DNA of 64,000 nt. Origin: Verrucomicrobiales bacterium (GTDB lineage: Bacteria > Verrucomicrobiota > Verrucomicrobiia > Limisphaerales > UBA1100). Positions 10,069-19,434 of this stretch are shown here, piece by piece. The stretch's first letter is position 1. Each line of letters begins with the position of its first letter. The notes below the pieces were generated by a model. The model had not been told where the DNA came from and did not search any database. It saw only the letters and a program-made list of their open reading frames with translations. The stretch lies in contig JAYOSV010000002.1 in NCBI GenBank assembly GCA_038139415.1, positions 111,697 to 175,696 of the forward strand. Reading direction: 5' to 3'. A program made the translations under genes and the position numbers.

Positions 10069-10584
10069 ATGTCTAAGAAAGCAATTGAGGTAATTCTGAC
10101 CGAACCGGTAGTAAGCTTGAACGCCAACGAGGGCGACCAAGTGAAGGTGGCCCCCGGCTACGCGCGAAATTTTCTCCTACCGCAAGGCAAGGCAGTTCCC
10201 GCCAACATCGCGAATCAACGCTATTTGGATTCGTTGAAGGCACGTCGGGCTGAACGCGAGGCGTCCGAGCTGGAACACATGAAGGATCTGCACGAGTCGC
10301 TCAAGAGTTTGCGTCTGCACATTCTGGTGAAGACTGGTGAAAACGGAAAAATGTTTGGTTCTGTGACTTCCGGCACAATCTGCGATGAGCTACGCAATCA
10401 GTTCGATGTGGAGCTGGAGAAGAAGCGCGTGAACCTGCCTAAAGCCATCAAGGCGGTTGGCGAGTATGATGTGAAGCTGAACCTACACGCGGAAATCGAG
10501 GCCGAGCTGAAGGTGTTCGTGGAAAGCGAAAACCCAATTGAGGTGGACGAGAGTGAGCCCGCGGGAGCGGTGGCTGCGGAATAA
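10069..10584 (+). CDS. rplI: 50S ribosomal protein L9
   Basis: VKVAPGYARNFLLPQGKA, GKMFGSVT. Confidence 0.97.
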   Translation: MSKKAIEVILTEPVVSLNANEGDQVKVAPGYARNFLLPQGKAVPANIANQRYLDSLKARRAEREASELEHMKDLHESLKSLRLHILVKTGENGKMFGSVTSGTICDELRNQFDVELEKKRVNLPKAIKAVGEYDVKLNLHAEIEAELKVFVESENPIEVDESEPAGAVAAE

Positions 10585-10606
10585 ATCAGAAGTTGAAATT
10601 ATTTCA

Positions 10607-10636
10607 GGCGGGGCCTTCTTAGGCCTCGTTTTTTTT
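10607..10636 (+). terminator. Intrinsic terminator after rplI
   Basis: GGCGGGGCCT-TCTT-AGGCCTCGTT hairpin followed by T run. Confidence 0.75.
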
Positions 10637-10744
10637 GTGGGAGCCTTGGCTGCGAATGGTTTGTGAACAAGGGGTAGTGCGTTGCCAGTAACTCGACGTT
10701 GCTTCTAAAAGGGGGGCAGATGCTAGTCTGTTCGTTCGACGCCG

Positions 10745-12271
10745 ATGATCGACGCCACTGAAGAGCCGTTACCTGAGTCGCCAATGGAAGATCTGGTGCA
10801 GTCCCCACGTCGGACGACGTCCGCGCGTCCGCAAGCCGATGTGGACCGGGCCCCACCGCATTCCATTGAAGCCGAGCAAGGAGTGCTGGGTTGTCTGCTT
10901 CTGGATTCCGATGAAGGGCTCACTTTTTGTTTGGAGAAGCTGAAGGAGCCGCGTCAACTGGATTTGCCCAAGCGCGAACGCGGCCAATACGGATCGTATG
11001 CGCATAACGCTACGACGTTTTTTTATGAGCTGAAACACCAGGTGATTTTTGAATCGATGCTGGATCTTCACGAGGCGAAGCAGGCGATCGATATTATCAC
11101 GCTTAAACAATTTCTGACTGACAAAAAACAGCTCGAGTCAGTGGGAGGCGTGGCCTATCTCTCCACGCTCATGAACGCGGTGCCGTCGGCGGCGAATCTG
11201 GAGTATTACTTCAATATTGTTTGGGAAAAATATCTACTGCGAAAGACCGTGCGCACCTGCACTGAGATTGTGCGCGAGGCGTATGAGCATGAAGGGGAAG
11301 TAGCGCGCTTGCTCGATGAGGTGGAGGGTAAGATTCAGAGGATTAACGAGGAGCGTGCCGGGGAAGCCGCTTCCACGATGAAGGAATTGGTCGGTCAGGC
11401 AATCTCTCGCATTCAGGATTTTCACGAACGCGGCGGCGGTTTGTCCGGCCTGTCCACCGGCTTCATTGATTTTGATAAAATGACCGACGGATTGCACGAG
11501 GCGGAGATGATTGTTATTGCCGCGCGGCCTTCCATGGGGAAAACCTCGTTGGCAATGAACATAGTGGAGCATGTCACGCTCAGTGAAAACATTCCGGTTG
11601 GGGTGTTTAGTCTGGAGATGACCGCGGAATCACTGGTCACTCGGATGATTTGTTCCAATGCGCGACTGAATTTCAAAAACCTTCGGGATGGACTGCTTAA
11701 CGCCAATGATTTCCAGCGGATCACCCAGACCGCAGGCAAACTGCACAAGGCCCCGTTGTATATTGATGACACGCCGGGGTTGTCTATTTTGCAATTGCGA
11801 GCCAAGGCGCGTCGAATGCATTCCCAGTATGGGATAAAACTCATTGTGATTGACTATCTGCAGCTCCTTCACTCTACTTCGCGCCGGGCGTCGGATAACC
11901 GCCAGCAGGAAGTGGCAGAGATTTCCAGCGGCATCAAGGGCCTAGCCAAGGAGCTGGGCGTGCCGGTGATTGTGCTTTGTCAGCTGAACCGCGAAATGGA
12001 GAAAGATAAGAATCGCAAACCGCGGCTCTCAGATCTCCGCGAATCCGGCTCCATTGAGCAGGATGCCGATTTGGTGGGATTGCTTTACAAGGCGTACTCC
12101 GAAGATGGGGAAGGAGGTCCGCCGGATGAAACTGAAGGGGTGCCAGTGAATCTGCTTTTGGCCAAGCAGCGCAATGGCCCCACTGGGGATGTGCCCATGG
12201 TCTTCCTCAAGTCTTACACGCGCTTCGAGAGCGCCAGTCGGGTTGATCCCGGAGATGTGCCGAATGATTAG
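10745..12271 (+). CDS. dnaB: Replicative DNA helicase
   Basis: PPHSIEAEQGVLG, AARPSMGKT, FSLEM, IDYLQL, SDLRESGSIEQDAD, KQRNGPTG; no intein seen. Confidence 0.98.
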   Translation: MIDATEEPLPESPMEDLVQSPRRTTSARPQADVDRAPPHSIEAEQGVLGCLLLDSDEGLTFCLEKLKEPRQLDLPKRERGQYGSYAHNATTFFYELKHQVIFESMLDLHEAKQAIDIITLKQFLTDKKQLESVGGVAYLSTLMNAVPSAANLEYYFNIVWEKYLLRKTVRTCTEIVREAYEHEGEVARLLDEVEGKIQRINEERAGEAASTMKELVGQAISRIQDFHERGGGLSGLSTGFIDFDKMTDGLHEAEMIVIAARPSMGKTSLAMNIVEHVTLSENIPVGVFSLEMTAESLVTRMICSNARLNFKNLRDGLLNANDFQRITQTAGKLHKAPLYIDDTPGLSILQLRAKARRMHSQYGIKLIVIDYLQLLHSTSRRASDNRQQEVAEISSGIKGLAKELGVPVIVLCQLNREMEKDKNRKPRLSDLRESGSIEQDADLVGLLYKAYSEDGEGGPPDETEGVPVNLLLAKQRNGPTGDVPMVFLKSYTRFESASRVDPGDVPND

Positions 12272-15023
12272 AGAGAAACTGGTTCATTGGATTAGCCTGC
12301 TCGCCATCGTGGCGGGCACTTCGTTGTTCGCTCAGCGAAACATCACCGAAATCACTGTGGATGTCACCGGCATCGGCAATGTGACCGAGCGCTATGTGCA
12401 AACCAATATTCGGCTAAAGCCTGGCGATGTGTACTTGGAAGGCCGTACTAATGAGGACGTGGTGGCTCTGATGAAAACCGGCCGGTTTGAGGATGTGCAG
12501 GTGGCTACGGAACTGGTGGGGGACGAGGGAATCAAACTCACTTTCAAGGTGCGTGCCTTTCCTTTGGTAACGGACGTGAATCTGCATTTACTCCGTCGAC
12601 AGTTGCGCCCGAAGGACCCGATTGGGAATCCGGCTTTGGCAGATTTGATGGATGCGGAATATCTCGCGATCAAGGAGAGTAAACTCCTGAAAAAGCTTCA
12701 AATGATCCGAGGGCAGCAATTCAATTCCTCCCGAATGCATGCCGATGAGAAAGTGATTGAGGAGGAGTACCGCAAGCAAGGCTATTACCCCATCAAGGTA
12801 AAGGGCCAGCGTGTGGGCGGCTCGGTGCGGTATATTATCAGCGAAGGAGAGAAGTTCCGGGTGGAGCGTGGTGAATTGAATTTCGAGTCATCGAATGACA
12901 CGGAATTGAGCTTCACTCACAAGGAGCTTCGCAAAAACGTTAAAGTCCGGCAGCGCCGCAATTGGTATAACCCGGTTTCATGGATCGTGGATGATGGTCG
13001 CTTGTTGCCGAATGAGTACGAGGAAGATATCGAAAAGCTTGAAATTTTTTACCGCGATGAAGGCTATTTGGACGTCAAGGTTTTCATTGGGCATGGTGCG
13101 GACAAAGTGCTGGCGTCGCCGGAATATGAGGCGCTTCGGACGAAGCTGTTTCAAGCCCGGGCCAGCCATGCGCAGACCGTGGAGGATTTGGATGACGCCG
13201 AGCGCCGGCTGGAAAATTCTGGGGCGGATGATGAAGAGCGCGAGCTGGATCGCCTGGTTGAAGAGGCCGAAGACCGCTTGGACGATGCGGAGGACGCTTT
13301 GGATGATGCCGAGGATGACTTTGAAGATTATCTAGATGAAGTGGATCGGGTTGCGTTCGTGTTCACTGTTGATGAAGGCCCGCAGTATTTGGTCGGCAAT
13401 GTGACCATTCAGCATGGCCGACAGGTGGATGGGGAGTTCCAAGCGGTGGATCTCGCCGTGTTCCCGGATTTTAAACCTGTGATCAGTGTTGATGTGCTGA
13501 GAAGCATGTTGGCCTTGCGTCCAGGGGAAGTGTTTCGTCCGGCGGCCTTGCGGGTGGATGAGCGGGAAGATTCCGATTTGGAAATCATTGAGGATGCCTA
13601 TGGGCATCGTGCCTACATCGATGCGAGTGCTTCGGTTAAGCAATCTCCCAACCTGACCAATAACACCATTGATTTGATTTTTCAGGTGATTGAGGGAGAT
13701 CATTTTTTTGAAGAAGACGGAGTTCAAAAATGGGAGCGTGATCAAGTAATTGTGGGCTTGGTGAAGATTGAGGGGAACGAGAAGACTAAGGACTTTGTGA
13801 TTCGCCGCGAGCTGGCGATTTCACCCGGAGAACCGTTCGACCTTGGGAAGATGGAGAACAGTCGCAGCCGGATTGAGGGACTTCGGTTATTTGAAAGTGT
13901 GCGTGCTACACCGGAATACAGCGACCGGGAACGCGGCTCTACGGTGGAAAACCTGGTGGTTTCCGTGAAGGAAAGTAATACGGGCCGGTTTCAGATTGGA
14001 GGCGGATTCAGCACAGACTACGGCGCCTTTGCCCATGTGATTGTTGCGCAGGAAAACTTCGACATCATGCGCTGGCGCCGACCGTACTTCTGGCAGGGCG
14101 GCGGTCAGAAGGTTCGTTTGCGCACCACTGCCGGCGGCCGCTTTAACAACTACGAACTCGATTTCGAGGAGCCGTGGCTGATGGGCAAAAAACTGCGTTT
14201 CACCACAAATCTTTACACTCGGGAGTTGGAGTACTTCCACGATAAGTTTGATGTTGAGGAATCCGGCATGCGACTTGGCCTGGAGCGGGCGATGTTTGGT
14301 AACGACTACTTCCGGGGGCGTGTGAACTACACGGTTGAGAGCATCGGGATGGTGGATATGAAAAGCACGGCTTCTCAGGAATTATTGGACGAACGCGGGC
14401 ACGACTTGATTTCCAAAATTGGCGTGGGGCTCACATTGGATACTCGCGGTGGCGGCATCATTCCCACCAAGGGGCAGCGCTCCTCCATCGATGTTGATTT
14501 CGCCCCGGGCGCGCTGGGTAGTGAAAAGGAATTTTACGGCGTCCATCTCAAGAGTGGGTGGTACTTCAAGGGTTTGCGCGAAGGGCATACCCTTGAAGTA
14601 CTCAGTCAAGCCGCCACCGTGGACAATATGACTGGAGGGCAAACAGTGCCCTATTTGTACCGCCACTCATTGGGTGGTTCACGGAACCTGCGGGGCTATG
14701 ATTTCCGCGAGGTGGGCCCGCGGGGCACAGCCGGAGATTACATTGGCGGTAATACCATGATGCACGCCACCGTGGAGTACGGCGTCCCCACGCCCATCGA
14801 AATGGCCCGACTGGCCGCCTTTTATGACATCGGTGTTGTGAACAAGGATGCCTACGATTTCAGCTTCAGTGGCTATAACGATGACGTGGGCATTGGTGTC
14901 CGGTTGAATATTCCATTCCTTGGCCCAATTAGATTGGATTACGCCATACCGCTGACGACAGACGGGTATAACGATGGTGGTGGCCAGTTCCAAGTGAATA
15001 TGGGCTATACCACAAGCTTCTAG
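12264..15023 (+). CDS. bamA: Outer-membrane assembly factor BamA
   Basis: Five POTRA-like units (YxxxGY motifs, IEGNEKTKDFVIRREL), SRNLRGY lid-lock motif, GPIRLDYA, terminal Phe; precedes skp. Confidence 0.93.
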   Translation: MIREKLVHWISLLAIVAGTSLFAQRNITEITVDVTGIGNVTERYVQTNIRLKPGDVYLEGRTNEDVVALMKTGRFEDVQVATELVGDEGIKLTFKVRAFPLVTDVNLHLLRRQLRPKDPIGNPALADLMDAEYLAIKESKLLKKLQMIRGQQFNSSRMHADEKVIEEEYRKQGYYPIKVKGQRVGGSVRYIISEGEKFRVERGELNFESSNDTELSFTHKELRKNVKVRQRRNWYNPVSWIVDDGRLLPNEYEEDIEKLEIFYRDEGYLDVKVFIGHGADKVLASPEYEALRTKLFQARASHAQTVEDLDDAERRLENSGADDEERELDRLVEEAEDRLDDAEDALDDAEDDFEDYLDEVDRVAFVFTVDEGPQYLVGNVTIQHGRQVDGEFQAVDLAVFPDFKPVISVDVLRSMLALRPGEVFRPAALRVDEREDSDLEIIEDAYGHRAYIDASASVKQSPNLTNNTIDLIFQVIEGDHFFEEDGVQKWERDQVIVGLVKIEGNEKTKDFVIRRELAISPGEPFDLGKMENSRSRIEGLRLFESVRATPEYSDRERGSTVENLVVSVKESNTGRFQIGGGFSTDYGAFAHVIVAQENFDIMRWRRPYFWQGGGQKVRLRTTAGGRFNNYELDFEEPWLMGKKLRFTTNLYTRELEYFHDKFDVEESGMRLGLERAMFGNDYFRGRVNYTVESIGMVDMKSTASQELLDERGHDLISKIGVGLTLDTRGGGIIPTKGQRSSIDVDFAPGALGSEKEFYGVHLKSGWYFKGLREGHTLEVLSQAATVDNMTGGQTVPYLYRHSLGGSRNLRGYDFREVGPRGTAGDYIGGNTMMHATVEYGVPTPIEMARLAAFYDIGVVNKDAYDFSFSGYNDDVGIGVRLNIPFLGPIRLDYAIPLTTDGYNDGGGQFQVNMGYTTSF

Positions 15024-15033
15024 GAGAACGATT

Positions 15034-15633
15034 ATGAAACGTGTATTGATGATGCTGTTTTTGGCCGTAGGCCTGAACCTTGGTTACACCTTGAATGCGG
15101 CTACGGCCATCGGGGTGATCAGTTTGGAGAAAGTTTATAACGGTTATTGGAGGACCGATGTTGAAAACAAAAAGCTGAAAAGCAAACAGGAAGAAGCGCT
15201 CGATCGCATCAAAAAACTGGAGGAATCGCTTCGTAAAGAAGGTACTGTGCTAGGGAACATGATTAAAGCCATGCAGGATCCTCGGCTGGCGGCTGCCGAA
15301 CGCTCTAACCGTCAGCAACAAGTGCAGACCAAGCAAAAGGAACTGCAGCAAATGCAGGATGCCATTCAGGGGTTTCGTGAGCGTACTCGAAAGGATCTAG
15401 AGTTGGATATGCGCAAGGAGCGCGAACAAATAATGGAGGAGATACAGCAAATCGTTTCAACCGAGGCCAAAAAGCGAAAACTTAACCTCGTGCTTGATGA
15501 GGCTGCCCGATCAGCGGCCATTGCGCCGATTGTGATTTTTACTGATGGCGAAAATGATCTGACGGAAGAAGTCTTGCGCCAGCTCAACCTAAGCGACCCC
15601 AAGAAAGGCAGCGGGGGCAATAAGGACAAATAG
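15034..15633 (+). CDS. skp: Periplasmic chaperone Skp/OmpH
   Basis: Signal peptide, IGVISLEKV, long helical body, DLTEEVL; downstream of bamA. Confidence 0.88.
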   Translation: MKRVLMMLFLAVGLNLGYTLNAATAIGVISLEKVYNGYWRTDVENKKLKSKQEEALDRIKKLEESLRKEGTVLGNMIKAMQDPRLAAAERSNRQQQVQTKQKELQQMQDAIQGFRERTRKDLELDMRKEREQIMEEIQQIVSTEAKKRKLNLVLDEAARSAAIAPIVIFTDGENDLTEEVLRQLNLSDPKKGSGGNKDK

Positions 15634-15639
15634 AGCGCC

Positions 15640-16830
15640 TCAATCTTCCGACTCACTTAACCGCTTCTGTTCCTGATCGAGGAGCATGGAGTGGGCTTCC
15701 TGAAGGATTCCTGGAATCCGTTCGGCAAAGGGGCTGTTGCCGAGTACGCCCTTAACCGCCTCCATATCCAACTTGGCAACATGTTCGCCGGGGAACCAGT
15801 GATCGGCTTGGCCGAGGAGGTTGTAGCGCATTTTGCCCCAGTCCACGAGGTCGAGGCTCTTGGCGTAAGTCCATAGGCGTAGGATCTCGGAGATGTTTAC
15901 GTTGCCGGGCACATCCACGTAGTGCGGTAAACCTTCGGGCCAGCGGGCGCACCAGTCGGCGCCGAGCACGGTGTCCATTTCCTGCCGGAGCCGTTGCTCG
16001 ATCTCGGTGATGTTGGGGGCAATATTGTCGTAGTGCTTGAGCGTCTCAAGGTGGCACTCGAAATCGCTGGGCTGTGCCGCGCCGCAGCTGAGGGTATGCA
16101 CTTCGGGGCGGTTCAGGCAGTAGAGTGCGTTAAACTGCATGGGATGTAGCGGGGCGCATAGCTCGGTGAGTTTGGGCGGTGGGGCGTAGAGTTTGCCGCC
16201 CTTGTCGTTGGGGCTGATGATAAACACGCCCATGTCGCGCGCGGCGGCGGCTTCTACCGCTGACCAGTTGAGGTCGTTGACGAAATACCAGTGGAGGTTG
16301 ACATAATCGAATCCGTCACTCTCGATGGCTTTCAGGATGATATCCGTGGTGGCGTGGGTGGAGAAACCGACGTGCCGGCAGCGGCCTTCCTTTTGCAGCT
16401 GGCGCGCGGCGGCCAGGCAGCCGTTCTCGCCCAATGACCAGTCGAGCAGTTCTTGATTGTTGATTCCGTGCAGCGAAAGCAATTCCACGTAGTCCAGCTG
16501 CAGGTAATCCATCGAGGTGTTGAAGGTATCGAGGAATTCCTTGGTCGTGGCAAAGGGCGCCACCTTGGTTTGCACGATCAGTTTCTCCCGCGGGAACTGC
16601 TTGAGCACGGGGCCCAGCTGCATCTCGGAGCTGCCGTAGCCACGCGCCGTTTCGATGTGGTTGATTCCCAATTCCACCGAGCGATGGATTGTGGCCTCGA
16701 GGTTTTTCTGGCCTTCATCGGGCACCTCGCTCCATTCGATGTCGCTCCACTTGTGCTGATAACGCATGCCTCCACAAGAGAACACGGGCATCTCTAAATC
16801 TGTTTTTCCGAATCGTCGGTATTTCATCAT
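15640..16830 (-). CDS. Aldo/keto reductase
   Basis: YRRFGKT, GINHIETARGYGSSE, QTK, HVGFSTH. Confidence 0.88.
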   Translation of the reverse strand: MMKYRRFGKTDLEMPVFSCGGMRYQHKWSDIEWSEVPDEGQKNLEATIHRSVELGINHIETARGYGSSEMQLGPVLKQFPREKLIVQTKVAPFATTKEFLDTFNTSMDYLQLDYVELLSLHGINNQELLDWSLGENGCLAAARQLQKEGRCRHVGFSTHATTDIILKAIESDGFDYVNLHWYFVNDLNWSAVEAAAARDMGVFIISPNDKGGKLYAPPPKLTELCAPLHPMQFNALYCLNRPEVHTLSCGAAQPSDFECHLETLKHYDNIAPNITEIEQRLRQEMDTVLGADWCARWPEGLPHYVDVPGNVNISEILRLWTYAKSLDLVDWGKMRYNLLGQADHWFPGEHVAKLDMEAVKGVLGNSPFAERIPGILQEAHSMLLDQEQKRLSESED

Positions 16831-17672
16831 GCCACAAATTCCAGTTCCTGCCGGTGGGGGATCAAGCTGGCTTCATGGGCGCGGTCGAGGAAACGCGTGA
16901 TGGTGTCGCGCCCCTTGTCGCCGTAATCGAGAGTCCAATGGTTTACGTACATGCCCACGAATTGATCCGCCAATTCCACGCCCATATCGCGCGCGTACTG
17001 GAGCGCGTGCTCCACGGCCTCAGGCCGATGGTCGAGACTGTACTGAATACTCTCGGTAAGCAGATCACTCACGACCTTGCGCTCCGCCTCAGCGATGCGT
17101 TTGTGGATCACATTGCCGCCGAGGGGCAGGGGGAGGCCGTCATTTTCCTCGCCCCACCACACGCCGAGATTCATGCAGCACACGAGCCCTTCATTTTCAA
17201 AAGTTAATTGGCCTTCATGAATGATCAGGCCCACATCGGCTTGCCCAGCCTTGACCGTGGCAAAGATCTCATCAAACGGCACCACCACATAATCAAGCTC
17301 CGTTTTCGGCCGGCCGAGCCACAACTGCAGCGCCAGAAACGCACTGGTCATTTCACCGGGCACGGCAATCTTTTTGCCGGCGATTTCCTCTTTCGAATAA
17401 TGCTCCTTGGCTACCAGCATCGGGCCGTATCCGTCGCCCATACTCGCCCCGCTGGGTAACAGGGCGTACTGATCGCTCACATAAGCGTAGGCGTGAATGC
17501 TGATGGCGCTGATATCCAGCTCGCCGCGCGTGGCGCGCTCGTTGAGCGTCTGGATATCCTGCAAAATGTGTTCAAAGGCATACCCGCGCGGATCAATCAG
17601 ATTCTTCGCCAGCGCATAAAACATAAAGGCATCGTCCGGATCGGGGGAATGGCCAAGCGTGAGGTGTGTCAT
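16827..17672 (-). CDS. mqnD: 1,4-dihydroxy-6-naphthoate synthase (futalosine menaquinone pathway)
   Basis: LGHSPDPDDAFMFYAL, GASMGDGYGP, IIHEGQLT, LPLPLGGN, GMYVN. Confidence 0.9.
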   Translation of the reverse strand: MTHLTLGHSPDPDDAFMFYALAKNLIDPRGYAFEHILQDIQTLNERATRGELDISAISIHAYAYVSDQYALLPSGASMGDGYGPMLVAKEHYSKEEIAGKKIAVPGEMTSAFLALQLWLGRPKTELDYVVVPFDEIFATVKAGQADVGLIIHEGQLTFENEGLVCCMNLGVWWGEENDGLPLPLGGNVIHKRIAEAERKVVSDLLTESIQYSLDHRPEAVEHALQYARDMGVELADQFVGMYVNHWTLDYGDKGRDTITRFLDRAHEASLIPHRQELEFVA

Positions 17673-17775
17673 CGCCGCCGAGAGTGCGCAAAAGTCCGCG
17701 TTATGTCCATGCGATTGATTCGTTTTGGCTGGCCAAGCGTGAGGGCTTTGGCCACGCTATCGCTTGCGACGAGGT

Positions 17776-19434
17776 ATGCGGGACTATTTCATCAGGCGCT
17801 TTCTGCTGCTCATTCCCACGCTGTTGGTGATCACCATGATCGTCTTCGGGGTGACCCGCATCGCTCCCGGCGGTCCCATGGAACAGGCGATGATGGAGGC
17901 GCAGATGGTTTCCATGGAAGGCGGCGGCGGCCGTTCCGAAGGCGCTGCGCTTAGCGAAGAGCAACTCGAACAAATGAAGGAGCTCTATGGGTACGATAAA
18001 CCGATCCATGAAGCTTATCTGATTTGGCTGGGTTTGATGCCACGGGAACTTAATCGGCGAGATGTCGATTTTGTGGATGATAAAACCGAGCTTACAGTTC
18101 GTATGCGGGTGCCGGCCTTTCATGTGGCTGCACTGGATTGGAATGGAGACGGTTTTGTGCAGACGACTGAAGTGCCCGAGAGTGTGGTCGGTTATGTGAA
18201 ATTTGATCAACTGGACACAAACCGAGATGGCCGGATTGACGGGTGGGAGGCGGAAGCCGAGTCAGCCTCCATTGAACGGGCTAGGGAACGGGTGTTGGTT
18301 CAGTTGATCGATAGCCAGCCACAAATCGTCAACGCCGATGAAACAATGGTCGATTGGAAAGTGCGGCTGGTGGAATCGGGAGAAGAAACGCCAAACGTTC
18401 CGCGTGCGGAGCTATATCGCACACGATATGCCGGAGTGCTGCAGGGTGATCTGGGTAAATCCTTCCGGCATGGGGAGCCGGTCTTGGATGTCATGTTGGA
18501 GCGTCTTCCAGTCTCTACATTCTACGGATTGCTGACGTTCTTTTTCACCTTTCTCGTATGTGTGCCGTTGGGGATTGCTAAGGCGATGAAGCACAATACC
18601 TGGTTCGACAACGGATCGTCGGTGTTTATCTTTATGGGTTATGCCGTTCCGGGCTATGTGTTGGGAGCCTTGATGATGGTGTTTCTGGCGGCGCGCTGGG
18701 AATGGTTTCCCACGGGCGGTTTTACCGGACCCAATTACGAGAGTACGCCAATCGAAAATGTCAGTGTGATGGCCGGAACCAGTGAATGGACTGCCGAACG
18801 GCACGGTCTTCGGGATGGGCAGGAGGTTTGGCTGGAAGGAACGGTGCCGGCGGCCGAGCCGGTGTTGGAGAAGGAGGCGGCTTATGTGGTGGCGGTAAAG
18901 GATACTGACACCTTTGAGCTGCTGCCCAAATCAGGCGGTAAACCTGTGACGCTGCAGGCCAATGCGGCGAAGGTGGAATTGCATCGCCATACAAGCCCGG
19001 CGGGACGGGCCTTGGATCTGGCGTGGCATGCGGTGTTGCCATTGTTGTGTTACCTCGTCGGCAGCTTTGCGTTTGTGACCATGCTCATGAAAAACCATCT
19101 CATGGACAACCTCTCTTCAGATTACATGCGCACAGCCATCGCGAAAGGGGTGCCGTTTTCACAGGCCGTACGACGACATGCCTTGCGCAATTCTTTAATT
19201 CCATTGGCGACTAACATTGGACATCAGATCACGTTGTTTGTAGCCGGCAGTTTTCTGATTGAAACCATATTTGATATCAATGGCTTTGGGCTGTTGGGAT
19301 TTAAGTCCGTCTTGGACCGTGATATTCCTGTGGTAATGGGGATCTTTTTATTATCCGCCACCTTGATGCTCCTGGGGAATATCATCTCGGATATTCTCGT
19401 GGCCTTGGTGGATCCGCGGGTTCGATTCAACTGA
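17776..19434 (+). CDS. Peptide/nickel-type ABC permease (OppB/YejB-like) with two large inserted domains
   Basis: YFIRRFLLLIPTL, APGGP, GDLGKSF, EAA-like YMRTAIAKGV, VDPRVRF. Confidence 0.9.
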   Translation: MRDYFIRRFLLLIPTLLVITMIVFGVTRIAPGGPMEQAMMEAQMVSMEGGGGRSEGAALSEEQLEQMKELYGYDKPIHEAYLIWLGLMPRELNRRDVDFVDDKTELTVRMRVPAFHVAALDWNGDGFVQTTEVPESVVGYVKFDQLDTNRDGRIDGWEAEAESASIERARERVLVQLIDSQPQIVNADETMVDWKVRLVESGEETPNVPRAELYRTRYAGVLQGDLGKSFRHGEPVLDVMLERLPVSTFYGLLTFFFTFLVCVPLGIAKAMKHNTWFDNGSSVFIFMGYAVPGYVLGALMMVFLAARWEWFPTGGFTGPNYESTPIENVSVMAGTSEWTAERHGLRDGQEVWLEGTVPAAEPVLEKEAAYVVAVKDTDTFELLPKSGGKPVTLQANAAKVELHRHTSPAGRALDLAWHAVLPLLCYLVGSFAFVTMLMKNHLMDNLSSDYMRTAIAKGVPFSQAVRRHALRNSLIPLATNIGHQITLFVAGSFLIETIFDINGFGLLGFKSVLDRDIPVVMGIFLLSATLMLLGNIISDILVALVDPRVRFN

